DNA of 62,158 nucleotides, taken from contig DAOOSC010000002.1 in assembly GCA_035389585.1 (NCBI GenBank), positions 1-62,158 on the forward strand, in the 5' to 3' direction. This stretch comes from Candidatus Magasanikiibacteriota bacterium (GTDB taxonomy: Bacteria; Patescibacteriota; Patescibacteriia; Magasanikbacterales; UBA922). The translations under genes were made by a program, and so were the position numbers. Under the pieces are notes generated by a model. That model did not search any database. It had not been told where the DNA came from and saw only the letters and a program-made list of their open reading frames with translations. Below, piece after piece: positions 37,246 through 45,996 of this stretch. Each line of letters starts with the position of its first letter. The first letter of the stretch is position 1.

Positions 37246-38271
37246 ATGTGTGTGCTTGTGGGAGAAGAACAAACCAAACTTAAATCGGAGGAACCGGCAC
37301 TGCCCAAAATGATTGTGCTCGTCGGTCCGACTGCATCCGGTAAAACGGATTGGGCTTTGCGATTATCAAAATTGTACAATGCGGAAATAATTTCGGCTGA
37401 TTCACGTCAAGTTTATAAAAAAATGAACATCGGTACCGCAAAAGAAACGGGAGAGTGGCATTGGTCAGGATTGCACCGTGTTTATATGATTGGGGGGGTA
37501 CCACACCATTTGATAGATTTTCTGGATCCGGGCAAGTTTTTTACCATGGTGGAGTTTCATGACGAAGCCATCAAAATTGCTCGGTCGATTGTCAAAAACG
37601 GGAAAATTCCCTTTGTGGTCGGAGGCACCGGACTTTATGTTCACGCTTTGGTGGATAATTTGCAGATACCGCGTGTACCGCCAAACAAAAAATTACGCAA
37701 AAGTTTGGAGGAAAAAACCACTGAAGAACTGATGGTGTGGCTAGAGAAACTTGATCCGGAAACAGCCCAGTCGGTGGACCGCGCTAATCGGCGTCGGGTC
37801 ACTCGCGCTCTCGAGGTGTGTATTTTGAGTGGGGCGCCTTTTTCTGGACAACAACAAAAAGGCGCACCACTCTTTGATGTGCTTCAGATCGGTATCGACA
37901 TCTCTCGGCAAATTTTAGATGAGAGAATTTCGGTGCGTGTCGATAAAATGATGAAACTCGGATTACTTGCGGAAATTAAAGACCTTTTGCGGCAAAAATA
38001 TAGTTGGGAGTTGCCGGCAATGAGTGGAATTGGTTATCGACAGTTTCAGGACTATTTCGAAAACAAAGCGGATATTGATCAATGTATTGAAAATTTGAAA
38101 AGGGATACGAGGCGATATGCGCGGAGACAACTTACTTGGTTCAAACGAGATAAACGTATTAGGTGGTGTGAAAATTTTTCCCAGGTAGAGAGTTTGGTAA
38201 GGGATTTTTTGGGAGGTAAGAAGGTGGATGAATTACCAATTTTGCCAATTAAATACGCTAATTTTGAATAA
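37246..38271 (+). CDS. miaA: tRNA dimethylallyltransferase MiaA
   Basis: P-loop GPTASGKT, DSRQVYKKMNIGTAK, GGTGLY. ATG at 37246 is 8 nt after the miaB stop. The ORF-track start at 37210 overlaps miaB. Confidence 0.88.
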   Translation: MCVLVGEEQTKLKSEEPALPKMIVLVGPTASGKTDWALRLSKLYNAEIISADSRQVYKKMNIGTAKETGEWHWSGLHRVYMIGGVPHHLIDFLDPGKFFTMVEFHDEAIKIARSIVKNGKIPFVVGGTGLYVHALVDNLQIPRVPPNKKLRKSLEEKTTEELMVWLEKLDPETAQSVDRANRRRVTRALEVCILSGAPFSGQQQKGAPLFDVLQIGIDISRQILDERISVRVDKMMKLGLLAEIKDLLRQKYSWELPAMSGIGYRQFQDYFENKADIDQCIENLKRDTRRYARRQLTWFKRDKRIRWCENFSQVESLVRDFLGGKKVDELPILPIKYANFE

Positions 38272-38274
38272 TCT

Positions 38275-38730
38275 ATGCCATTAGCTATTAAACCCGGTTC
38301 AAGTTTGGGTATTGGTTCTCGGCCAGGTGGCGTGCGGTTTGGAGGTGGGGTGAAGCCTGTCTCAACCTCAGCTTTTTCACGGCCAAATCAAGATAAAGGA
38401 TCGCCGCGGGCGCAAAACTTTTCGGTGACGAAATTAGGACAGTTGAAAGAGCGAGAAAGAGCCAAGGTGTCGATCAGCCGAGTTGTGGCTGAACGCAAAG
38501 TGGGGAGCATTGATTCACCTCGAGTTGGTGTGGGGGAGAGGAAAACTGCGACCGATAGTTATGCGGATAAACGTGCTGAAGAATTAGAAATTATCCGTCA
38601 GAAATCAATTGAGAGGCAGAAGTTCGTCACTACTCGTCGCATGGTGAGAGAGAGATTGGCGCGTGAGGCGGAAGAGGCCAAAAAAGTCGCCGAAGAGAAA
38701 GCTCAGCGCCAGAGGGCAAGTATTTTTTAG
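38275..38730 (+). CDS. hypothetical basic, low-complexity protein
   Basis: 151-aa ORF, 3 nt after the miaA stop. Gly/Arg-rich N-terminus and charged helical C-terminus. Confidence 0.5.
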   Translation: MPLAIKPGSSLGIGSRPGGVRFGGGVKPVSTSAFSRPNQDKGSPRAQNFSVTKLGQLKERERAKVSISRVVAERKVGSIDSPRVGVGERKTATDSYADKRAEELEIIRQKSIERQKFVTTRRMVRERLAREAEEAKKVAEEKAQRQRASIF

Positions 38731-38743
38731 AAAGATTAAATAC

Positions 38744-38768
38744 AAAAAACGCCGTTGAGCGTTTTTTG
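38744..38768. terminator. bidirectional terminator (miaA operon / gatB)
   Basis: A-run, hairpin aacgc..gcgtt, then T-run. Confidence 0.6.
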
Positions 38769-38780
38769 TGTAGAGAGTTT

Positions 38781-40331
38781 TTATTCAGAAATCTTTTTTC
38801 TCAGTATATCTTCCATCATCTTTGGGTCGGCCGCTCCCTCGGAGGCTTTCATCGCCATTCCGAGAAGGAATTTGATTATTGGTTCTTTGCCAGCTCGGAA
38901 CTGTTTTACTTGGTCGGGGAAATTGTGAATAATCTGTTCGGCGATACTCGTCAATTTGTCACCATCACGATTTTGTCCGAGTTTGTATTCTTCCATCACA
39001 TGGGTCGGGTCGACATCGGTGTCGTGGTCGATCATGATTTCGAGAATTTTTTGAGCGCTGGTGGAGTTTATTTTTTCTGCGTAGACCAGCGCGACCAATT
39101 CGGCGAAATTTTCCGGCGATATTTTCATTTCCTCATAGGAGATGTTTCTGGCCGTGAGAAGTCCGAATAATTTGGTGGTCAGCCAACCGCTCATGAGTCG
39201 GGCAACTTTATTTATATTTTGTTCGCGAATTTCACCATTTTCGGATTTATGATCCGGGAGAGAGTGCAACCAATCAATGAGCTCACTCATCGCGGCTTCG
39301 GCGAAATTGGCCCAATCGCTGTCCTGGGCTAATAGGCGGCTGTCGGCATATGAGAAGCCGTATTCTTCGTGAAAACGACGAGTTTTGGCGATTGGTAATT
39401 CTGGAAGAAATATCTTTCCGGCAATTTTCAATGGTGAAAATGGGGGAATATCGGGTTCTGGGAAATAGCGATAATCAGCGGCGTTTTCTTTTTTTCTTTG
39501 GCAAATTGTTTCGCTTGTCGTGTCGTCCCAACCGCGAGTTTCTTGGTCGACGACCCCGTCATTTTCCAAAAGTTTTGTCTGACGTTTTATTTCGAATTCA
39601 ATGGCCTTTTCGACCGCTCGAAAGGAGTTGATGTTTTTGATTTCAACTTTTGCGTTTAACCTGGAATTATTAAGCGGCTTGACTTGGCCGTTCACAATTT
39701 CAAACGCAGTTGGGTCTTGGAGTGAGATATTGACTTCACAGCGCATTTGGCCTTTCTCCATATCGGCAGAAGAAACTTTCAGTTGACGTAAAATTGCGCG
39801 CAATTCTTGGCAGTATGTTTTGGCTTCCAGAGCAGATTTGAAATCAGCGCCGGTGACTATCTCCATGAGTGGTGCTCCGGAGCGGTTGAAGTTGACCAAA
39901 GTCTGGCCTTCGCGATCATGAAGGAGTTTGGCTGTGTCCTCTTCGAGATGAACACGGGTGATATTGATTTTGGCTTCGGATCGGATATTGTCATTTAGCG
40001 GAAATACTAGTTCCATTTCGCCATTTTCGCCGATCGGCTCGTCGTATTGGGATATCTGGTATCCTTTTGGCAGGTCTGGGTAGAAGTAGTGTTTACGGTC
40101 AAATTTGGAGGTTTCACGGATATTGCAACCCAATGCCATGGCCGCTTTGACAGTCATTTGGATGGCGGCTTTGTTCGGCACAGGCAAAGTGCCTGGGTGG
40201 GCAAGGCAAATCGGACAAATGTTCTGATTCGGTTCCTTTTCCTCAGGGCTGTTCGGGCATGAACAGAACATTTTGCTTTTGGTCGCCAATTCCACGTGGA
40301 CTTCCATGCCAATAATAGGGGTGAGTTTCAT
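38781..40331 (-). CDS. gatB: Asp/Glu-tRNA(Asn/Gln) amidotransferase subunit B
   Basis: MKLTPIIGMEVHVELATKSKMFC.C..., ..HLEEDTAKL.., C-terminal YqeY/GatB tail. 516 aa. Confidence 0.93.
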   Translation of the reverse strand: MKLTPIIGMEVHVELATKSKMFCSCPNSPEEKEPNQNICPICLAHPGTLPVPNKAAIQMTVKAAMALGCNIRETSKFDRKHYFYPDLPKGYQISQYDEPIGENGEMELVFPLNDNIRSEAKINITRVHLEEDTAKLLHDREGQTLVNFNRSGAPLMEIVTGADFKSALEAKTYCQELRAILRQLKVSSADMEKGQMRCEVNISLQDPTAFEIVNGQVKPLNNSRLNAKVEIKNINSFRAVEKAIEFEIKRQTKLLENDGVVDQETRGWDDTTSETICQRKKENAADYRYFPEPDIPPFSPLKIAGKIFLPELPIAKTRRFHEEYGFSYADSRLLAQDSDWANFAEAAMSELIDWLHSLPDHKSENGEIREQNINKVARLMSGWLTTKLFGLLTARNISYEEMKISPENFAELVALVYAEKINSTSAQKILEIMIDHDTDVDPTHVMEEYKLGQNRDGDKLTSIAEQIIHNFPDQVKQFRAGKEPIIKFLLGMAMKASEGAADPKMMEDILRKKISE

Positions 40332-40341
40332 AAAATAATCT

Positions 40342-41166
40342 CTATTGTCTTTCTCCCGCGCTCTTGTAAATCAAGATAGTATAGATTGAAGCAATTTGAC
40401 TGAGTATCAAATTGATGGTGAATATGATTGCGGAGTAGATGAAAGTGATTATTTCATTTTTCCCAATAATTGACCCAATCTGACCAAGAATATTGCTGAG
40501 AGTGGCAAGGATGAGTACTAGTACAAAAATTCTGATAAAAAACGACCACCAGCGTCCTTTGACGAGGGCGAAACTGTGGAGGATGGCGGGTTTTATTTTT
40601 TTGCCTTGGAGAACAATCTCGTATATGAATAAATTAAGTCGAATACTGTAGTAGATTGCATGGAAAAAACCGTAAATTGCTACAAGAATAATTAGTTTGG
40701 AAATAATGTTACCGATCAAGCCGTGAGCCGATAAATTTAGAGCACTGGATAGACCGATCAATACTAGCGAGATAAGAAAGGGAGCGGCAATATAAACCCC
40801 AGAGATTATCATGCCAATGAAACCGCGCCAAACATAGGGATGGGTAGCTGTCGTAGAAAGACGGATATTTTCATCGAGGTTGTTTGTGAGTTTGGAGTGG
40901 ACAGCGTGAACATAAGCGAAATTGAACCACAAACTCAGGTAAGAGATTGCCAGAGCAAAAAGCAGGCCGATTATTCCAAACACGATAATCAGGGTAGAGT
41001 CCTGACCGGAGATAAGGGCGGTCGAAAAAGGTAAAAAAATCACCACACCAGCGAAGCCGATTACCAGAGGTACGAGTGAGAGCAGGGCGTATTTGATTAC
41101 CATGCGGATATTTTGTCGGAAAAACTGCCAAGAATTTTTGAGTAACTCACCGATCGAAATAAGCAT
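40342..41166 (-). CDS. hypothetical polytopic membrane protein
   Basis: ATG at 41166 lies 1 nt after the tmk stop. An alternative ATG at 41196 would overlap tmk. About 6 TMs. Confidence 0.65.
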   Translation of the reverse strand: MLISIGELLKNSWQFFRQNIRMVIKYALLSLVPLVIGFAGVVIFLPFSTALISGQDSTLIIVFGIIGLLFALAISYLSLWFNFAYVHAVHSKLTNNLDENIRLSTTATHPYVWRGFIGMIISGVYIAAPFLISLVLIGLSSALNLSAHGLIGNIISKLIILVAIYGFFHAIYYSIRLNLFIYEIVLQGKKIKPAILHSFALVKGRWWSFFIRIFVLVLILATLSNILGQIGSIIGKNEIITFIYSAIIFTINLILSQIASIYTILIYKSAGERQ

Positions 41167-41167
41167 A

Positions 41168-41872
41168 TTAAAAGAATGATTGTAAAAGTTTAACACTTTC
41201 TGTTTTCATTATATCAAATTTTTCGTTTGTATTCAAAATGTGGATTTTCGTACCACGAGATTCAAAAATTTCCTGATATTTGGGTGATAGATAGAGAGCT
41301 CGGGTTGTCTCGAGGAATTCTTTGCGTTCGAATATAGAATTGTCGGTTTTGTTGGTACGAGTAGCGAGTCTTTCGAGTGCGATTTCGGCTGGCAAATCAG
41401 TGATTACGAGATGGTCCGGAGCATGTTCGAGAGCGAAAGCGTTGCCTTCGATGGCGGCGATTTCCGTCATCGGTATTGTGCCTTGGATTGACTGGTAGCA
41501 GAGCGAGGTTGAAACACTCCGGTCTTTGATAATAATTTTGTTTGGCGAAGAATTTAGGAAGGGGATAATGACTTTTTTATATAAAATAAGACGGTCGAGG
41601 GCGTAGGCATTGGCGATAGATAGAGGAGGGTAATCAGATCCGGAACGAATTAGTTCATTGCGAATTACACTGCCGATCCCGACAAAAGTTGGTTCGGAGG
41701 AGAGGATGCAATCGTATGGCAAAAATTCTTCCGGATTCGGATGCCGGCTGTGATTTTTCCAAAAATCACGCAGGTTTAGACATTTTTTATTGATTGAATT
41801 TAGGTAATTGATCCACTCGAGTATGATGGAACTTTTCCCTGATCCATCGATACCATCAATAATTATAAACAT
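41168..41872 (-). CDS. tmk: thymidylate (dTMP) kinase-like P-loop kinase
   Basis: MFIIIDGIDGSGKSS P-loop at the N-terminus. ATG at 41872 chosen (the ORF opens at 41956, inside thyX). Lies in the thyX operon. Confidence 0.75.
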   Translation of the reverse strand: MFIIIDGIDGSGKSSIILEWINYLNSINKKCLNLRDFWKNHSRHPNPEEFLPYDCILSSEPTFVGIGSVIRNELIRSGSDYPPLSIANAYALDRLILYKKVIIPFLNSSPNKIIIKDRSVSTSLCYQSIQGTIPMTEIAAIEGNAFALEHAPDHLVITDLPAEIALERLATRTNKTDNSIFERKEFLETTRALYLSPKYQEIFESRGTKIHILNTNEKFDIMKTESVKLLQSFF

Positions 41873-41891
41873 AAATTCTAGTTCGCAGTGG

Positions 41892-43340
41892 TTACTGTTT
41901 AGGCGCGTAATTATATTCTGGATTGAACATTGTCGAAGCCCAAGAAGATGATCCACCGTTCATGTTGACACGAATGTATTTGGCGAGAAGTGGTTGTACC
42001 TCATTAAGTTTATGCCAACATTCTTGGGCAATTCGTCGATAAGAAATATGTCCTTTCGAACCGGATCGGAGAGAAATGAAATGGTGCAGTTCGCGCAAGT
42101 TCCAAGTGATGAGAACGCGTTTTTTGAACGCGAGCGGTACGACGTATTGCGCTTCGTGCGGAAATTCTGTTTTCATTTTATCATACAATTCACTGCCTGC
42201 ATACATCGCTTCACGAAATTTCTCCGCCTCGCCCGCTTCGGTAATTTCCTCTGGAATATCGAAGCCATGGATAGTCGTCACACGCTGATTAGTCTGTGTG
42301 CACATGCGGTGACGTTGGATATCGCGGAATGCGCCATAGTCCATGAGAATGTCAAATGTGTAATATGCGTGTTCGAGCTCGCGCAGTGGCGCGTCGAAAG
42401 AAGCACGGCGCGCAAGCGCTTCGTCCATGATTCTCTCTTTTTGTTTTGCGGGCATTGTTTTCACGGTACGGAGTGCTTGGTGAAATGGGACATCACTGAA
42501 CCGGTATAGAATAGCGGCGATGATGCGTTCTTCGGCGTCTTCATCGTATGAGACAATTTTTACTGGTGGGGTCGGTTCTGGGTTTTCATTTATCAAAATA
42601 TTAGCGATTGACTCGAATGACCGTTCAGTTTCACTTAAGTATTTATTTTCATCAGCAAACTTGATGAGGGTTGGCGTCACTTTCAAGGCTTCTTTTTTCA
42701 TTTCGGCGCCAATTTGGCGTGCTTCGGCGAGTGGATGGGAGAGTAGCTTCGCGATCGCGTGTTCCATCACGCGGGCGTTGGCTGTGAGGCCGAGATTGGT
42801 GAGGGTGGCAGTCGGGAGCAGGTAGCGGATGTTGTCACATACGCGAGCGCGTGTGTTCGCATTGTAGGAGCGTTCGGGTGTGCCATTTTGTGGATATTTC
42901 GATCGGATAAATTCATTCATGGCGGGTTCCATTTCGGTGTAGGTGTCAAACAAGAAATCAATCGTTTTTTCATAAATACGGCCATAAGTGGAGCGCATGA
43001 TATTGTCTGGCTTTAGGTAGCGGGTGCGATCGAATACTTGATAACGAGTGGATTTTTCGGTGTAGGAAGCGAGGCGATTGTCCTCAATGATTTTCGTGGC
43101 GAGAATCGAAACGTTTTCAATCGCGAGATGGAGTGTCGCGTGTTCGGCGACGGAGCTGTGACCATATCCAACCACCCATTTCTCATGAAAATCGGCTGAT
43201 TTTTCATCGGTCAATTCCTCCGCAATTTCACGGAATGATTCAGGCGAGCGTGAACATTTCGCAAATGCCACGGCGACGACTTCTGGTTTCAAATGATCGA
43301 GTGAGTAGATGTCTCTTTTGTTTGTTTGTGTTTCTTCCAT
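41892..43340 (-). CDS. thyX: FAD-dependent thymidylate synthase ThyX, double-length (two ThyX-like halves)
   Basis: N-half: GHSSVAEHATLHL..NRLASYTEKSTRY (ThyX motif with RHR degenerated). C-half: FRDIQRHRMCTQTNQR. 482 aa versus about 220-300 aa for single-domain ThyX. Confidence 0.8.
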   Translation of the reverse strand: MEETQTNKRDIYSLDHLKPEVVAVAFAKCSRSPESFREIAEELTDEKSADFHEKWVVGYGHSSVAEHATLHLAIENVSILATKIIEDNRLASYTEKSTRYQVFDRTRYLKPDNIMRSTYGRIYEKTIDFLFDTYTEMEPAMNEFIRSKYPQNGTPERSYNANTRARVCDNIRYLLPTATLTNLGLTANARVMEHAIAKLLSHPLAEARQIGAEMKKEALKVTPTLIKFADENKYLSETERSFESIANILINENPEPTPPVKIVSYDEDAEERIIAAILYRFSDVPFHQALRTVKTMPAKQKERIMDEALARRASFDAPLRELEHAYYTFDILMDYGAFRDIQRHRMCTQTNQRVTTIHGFDIPEEITEAGEAEKFREAMYAGSELYDKMKTEFPHEAQYVVPLAFKKRVLITWNLRELHHFISLRSGSKGHISYRRIAQECWHKLNEVQPLLAKYIRVNMNGGSSSWASTMFNPEYNYAPKQ

Positions 43341-43349
43341 ATTTTTCTT

Positions 43350-43380
43350 CTTTGTCCGCCGTAGCCTTGGCGAAGGCGGA
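43350..43380. repeat. GC-rich bipartite repeat, copy 2 (compact form)
   Basis: The minus strand reads tccgccttcgcc-aag-gctacggcggacaaag, the same 12-nt and 16-nt blocks as at 51-62 and 140-155. It forms the hairpin tccgcc/ggcgga. Confidence 0.65.
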
Positions 43381-43385
43381 TGGGT

Positions 43386-44228
43386 TTAATTTATTTTTTT
43401 ATTTTGTTTTTTTGATATAAAATTCTGTCCAGTAATTACTTTTTTCCCGGTTTTTTCTTCAAGTGCGATTCTTGCGTCTTTAGCAATTTTTCCACCTTTT
43501 TTCGCGGGAATTTTATTTTCTTCAAGTCCTTTTGTCTGCATGGTTTCGGCGATTTGTCTGGTGGATAATTCAGCTAAAGCGGTAAATACTAGTTCGGCGT
43601 CGGACATGTGGTCACGTAAGTTTTGTGTTTGAAGACTCTTTAACTTTTTATGTTCTTTTGTTGATATGTCACTCCACTCCTCATGAATTATGTTTGTCAA
43701 AATGGCATATTCGTCTTTTTCTTTTACTTCGTTATTTTTCCAATAATCCGTTAATTTATTTCGGATTTCTTGCCCCATCATTCTTTGTTGTATCCATTTG
43801 TCACTTCGTCCAAGTTTTTGCCAGTATTCGCGACTACGGTTGAGAGCTTTTTCCGGATCAGTCATTTCCTGCATTCTCTCGTAGCCGACGCGGGCGAGCC
43901 AGAGTTTGATTGGTTCTGCTTTTGGACTGGGGATGGATTGAATGAGACGAAGGATCGTTTCTACATTTGCCACATCGGTGTTATAAAATTTTCCATCGGA
44001 AGACTGTAATTTCAGTTTGTCACATTTTGTGACAGACTGATTTCCTTCTTTTTTTAAGCGATTTTTTAGTGTCGTCCAGTAAGTTTGGGCCTTTTTAAAA
44101 TCACGCTGTTCGATTAATGTGGCCACGATATCAATAACAGAAAAAAACCAAGTCTCCGTTTTTTCATCATAATATCGCCGGACACGGAAATTTTCAAAAA
44201 TGGCAAGTGAGTGTCTATTTTTTTTCAT
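43386..44228 (-). CDS. Bro-N domain / DinD-like (DNA-damage-inducible protein D family) protein
   Basis: N-terminus FENFRVRRYYDEKTETWFFSVIDIVATL (Bro-N-like). Overall length and C-terminal helical region resemble E. coli DinD. Confidence 0.7.
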   Translation of the reverse strand: MKKNRHSLAIFENFRVRRYYDEKTETWFFSVIDIVATLIEQRDFKKAQTYWTTLKNRLKKEGNQSVTKCDKLKLQSSDGKFYNTDVANVETILRLIQSIPSPKAEPIKLWLARVGYERMQEMTDPEKALNRSREYWQKLGRSDKWIQQRMMGQEIRNKLTDYWKNNEVKEKDEYAILTNIIHEEWSDISTKEHKKLKSLQTQNLRDHMSDAELVFTALAELSTRQIAETMQTKGLEENKIPAKKGGKIAKDARIALEEKTGKKVITGQNFISKKQNKKIN

Positions 44229-44373
44229 AAATTTAGTCAGTCAACTAGGGTTTTTTGATGTGATAGTGTTAGGATCTTTGATCTCGATTTGTGTTTTAAG
44301 CAAATTTTTCAGTGTCAATACCATGTTCTTGTGTCAAATTGTTTGGATTGAATTGGTCTATCATAGCAATTTT

Positions 44374-44802
44374 TTACTTCACCCCCGTCGTCCCGAATCC
44401 GCCTCTGTCCGCGTTTGTCATCTCTTCGACTTCGGTCCATTCAGTCTGATCGACGCGCACGAAAGCGCCTTGGCCGAGACGTTCGCCTTTTTCGATTTTT
44501 ACAGTTTCGGAAGTGAGGTTGTACACTTGCAGGAGAATTTCATCGTTATTGCCGCAGAAATCTTGGTCGATGAATCCGGTAGAAGTAAAAAGGCCTTTAC
44601 GGCGCATGGTGCTCGAGCGATCTTTTATTTCGAGCATGTAGCCGTGGGGAATTTCTATGACGAAATTGGTCGGGATTCTTTCAATTTTATGTGGTGGAAT
44701 TTCGAGGTCAATTCGACTGTATAGATCAAAAGCAACAGCGCCTCGAGTTTGGTAAATCGGCACTGGTAGAGACTTATCGACTCTTTTTATTTTTACGTTC
44801 AT
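44374..44802 (-). CDS. dut: dUTP diphosphatase
   Basis: Trimeric dUTPase motifs GAVAFDL, KDRSS, GFIDQDFCG, RGGFGTTG. ATG at 44802. Confidence 0.88.
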   Translation of the reverse strand: MNVKIKRVDKSLPVPIYQTRGAVAFDLYSRIDLEIPPHKIERIPTNFVIEIPHGYMLEIKDRSSTMRRKGLFTSTGFIDQDFCGNNDEILLQVYNLTSETVKIEKGERLGQGAFVRVDQTEWTEVEEMTNADRGGFGTTGVK

Positions 44803-45358
44803 ATTGGATTTTTTTAATAGCTTCGTCAATTTGTTTAAAAAGTTTTTCAAAAGAGCCGCCATTGTCGAGGGTTAGTTCAGCTTGTTTGGAAATATCGGCG
44901 ATTTGTTGTTCCGCTTCGGCGGCGGAATCACGGAGAAATTCTTTGAAAGTCTTTTTGGCATCATCGGATTTTTGACGACGCAGACGCATACGTTGCCAAC
45001 GTGTACGAATCGGCGCTTCGACGGCGAAGAGATGGAAATTTGGCATTACGCGAAGCGCATCGACATCAGACGGGCGGCGCAATCCTTCAATAGCTATTAC
45101 GGATTTCTTGGATAATAAAACTTCTTTGGCGAGTGTTTGGCTCAAAATATCTGGTCCATACGTGTCGCGCAGAGCCAGTGACATTTTTTGTAAATTATCA
45201 CGAGTTGGCTCGATATGCAATCGATCTACCATATCACGCAAAATTCCACCAGAAGAAAAAACTTCGCCCTTGTATTTCTTGCAAATGTATTCGCCGACCG
45301 TGCCTTTGCCAGACGCAATAAAACCGGCGACACCGATGATGATTTTATTGTTTGTCAT
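44774..45358 (-). CDS. P-loop nucleotide kinase (UPF0200 / dephospho-CoA-kinase-like)
   Basis: GVAGFIASGKGT P-loop. ..AIEGLRRPSDVDAL..RTRWQRMRLRRQKSDD.. resembles archaeal UPF0200-type kinases. Substrate unknown. Confidence 0.7.
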   Translation of the reverse strand: MTNNKIIIGVAGFIASGKGTVGEYICKKYKGEVFSSGGILRDMVDRLHIEPTRDNLQKMSLALRDTYGPDILSQTLAKEVLLSKKSVIAIEGLRRPSDVDALRVMPNFHLFAVEAPIRTRWQRMRLRRQKSDDAKKTFKEFLRDSAAEAEQQIADISKQAELTLDNGGSFEKLFKQIDEAIKKIQYERKNKKSR

Positions 45359-45842
45359 ATTGCTCTAGGTTTTCTGATAAGTAGACCAGTTCAACTCCGG
45401 CGCATTTGAAGACTTCTTCGCTATCAGTTGCGGCATGATATTTTTTCTGACACACCACTCGAACAATACCGGCGTTGACGAGCATTTTGGCGCATGTGAA
45501 GCACGGGGTGTATTTGACATAAATCGTGCCGCCATTTATAGAAATACCAAGTTTGGCGGCTTGGCAAATTGCATTCTGTTCCATGTGTACGGTACGCACG
45601 CAGTGTTGGCTTTGATGTCCATCTTCGTGAACGGTGGTCTTGATTTGGTGACCAACATCATCACAGTGTGGGGCACCTTTTGGTGATCCGACATATCCCG
45701 TCACGAGCATTTGTTTGTCTCGCGCGATTACACATCCGCCGTAGCCTCGATCACATGTCGCTCTCTTGGAAACCGTATTTGCAATATCCGTAAAATATTC
45801 ATCCCATGATGGACGAATGTGGGTTGTTTTTTCTTCAGTCAT
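45345..45842 (-). CDS. comEB: dCMP deaminase (ComEB family)
   Basis: Zinc motifs HMEQNA (HAE-type) and PCFTCAKM (PCxxC). 165 aa. Confidence 0.88.
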   Translation of the reverse strand: MTEEKTTHIRPSWDEYFTDIANTVSKRATCDRGYGGCVIARDKQMLVTGYVGSPKGAPHCDDVGHQIKTTVHEDGHQSQHCVRTVHMEQNAICQAAKLGISINGGTIYVKYTPCFTCAKMLVNAGIVRVVCQKKYHAATDSEEVFKCAGVELVYLSENLEQYDKQ

Positions 45843-45943
45843 AAGTTTTTTGTTCGTCGGTATTGTAGCAGATTCGGTGGGGGAGTAAAAGCGACTAAAA
45901 CCGTATGACTTGTGAGTAAATCAAGGTCGGTGGATGGGTGTGG

Positions 45944-45981
45944 CAAAAACAAAAATCCCCGTGGTAATTCCATGGGGATTT
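45944..45981 (-). terminator. intrinsic terminator after rplA
   Basis: On the minus strand: hairpin aaatcccc(a)tgg-aatta-cca(c)ggggattt followed by a T-run. Confidence 0.7.
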
Positions 45982-45996
45982 GAGTAGGAAATTTGA

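Noticed and set aside
1-43385. Integrated element bounded by the tRNA-Ser 3' end and the second copy of the GC-rich repeat (att-like duplication).
   Set aside because: The two copies are in inverted, not direct, orientation. The 43 kb between them is core housekeeping (gyrA, ribosomal proteins, ftsH, thrS), and no integrase is present.
44200-44724. 174-aa plus-strand ORF.
   Set aside because: It is antisense to dut and to the Bro-N upstream spacer. It has no motifs, and dut on the minus strand has all the dUTPase motifs.
44774-45842. dCMP deaminase plus adjacent P-loop kinase as a dNTP-depletion anti-phage defence module (kinase-deaminase type).
   Set aside because: The deaminase is a standard short ComEB-type dCMP deaminase. 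The genes are embedded, with overlaps, in an operon with dut, thyX and tmk, which is fully explained by dTTP biosynthesis.
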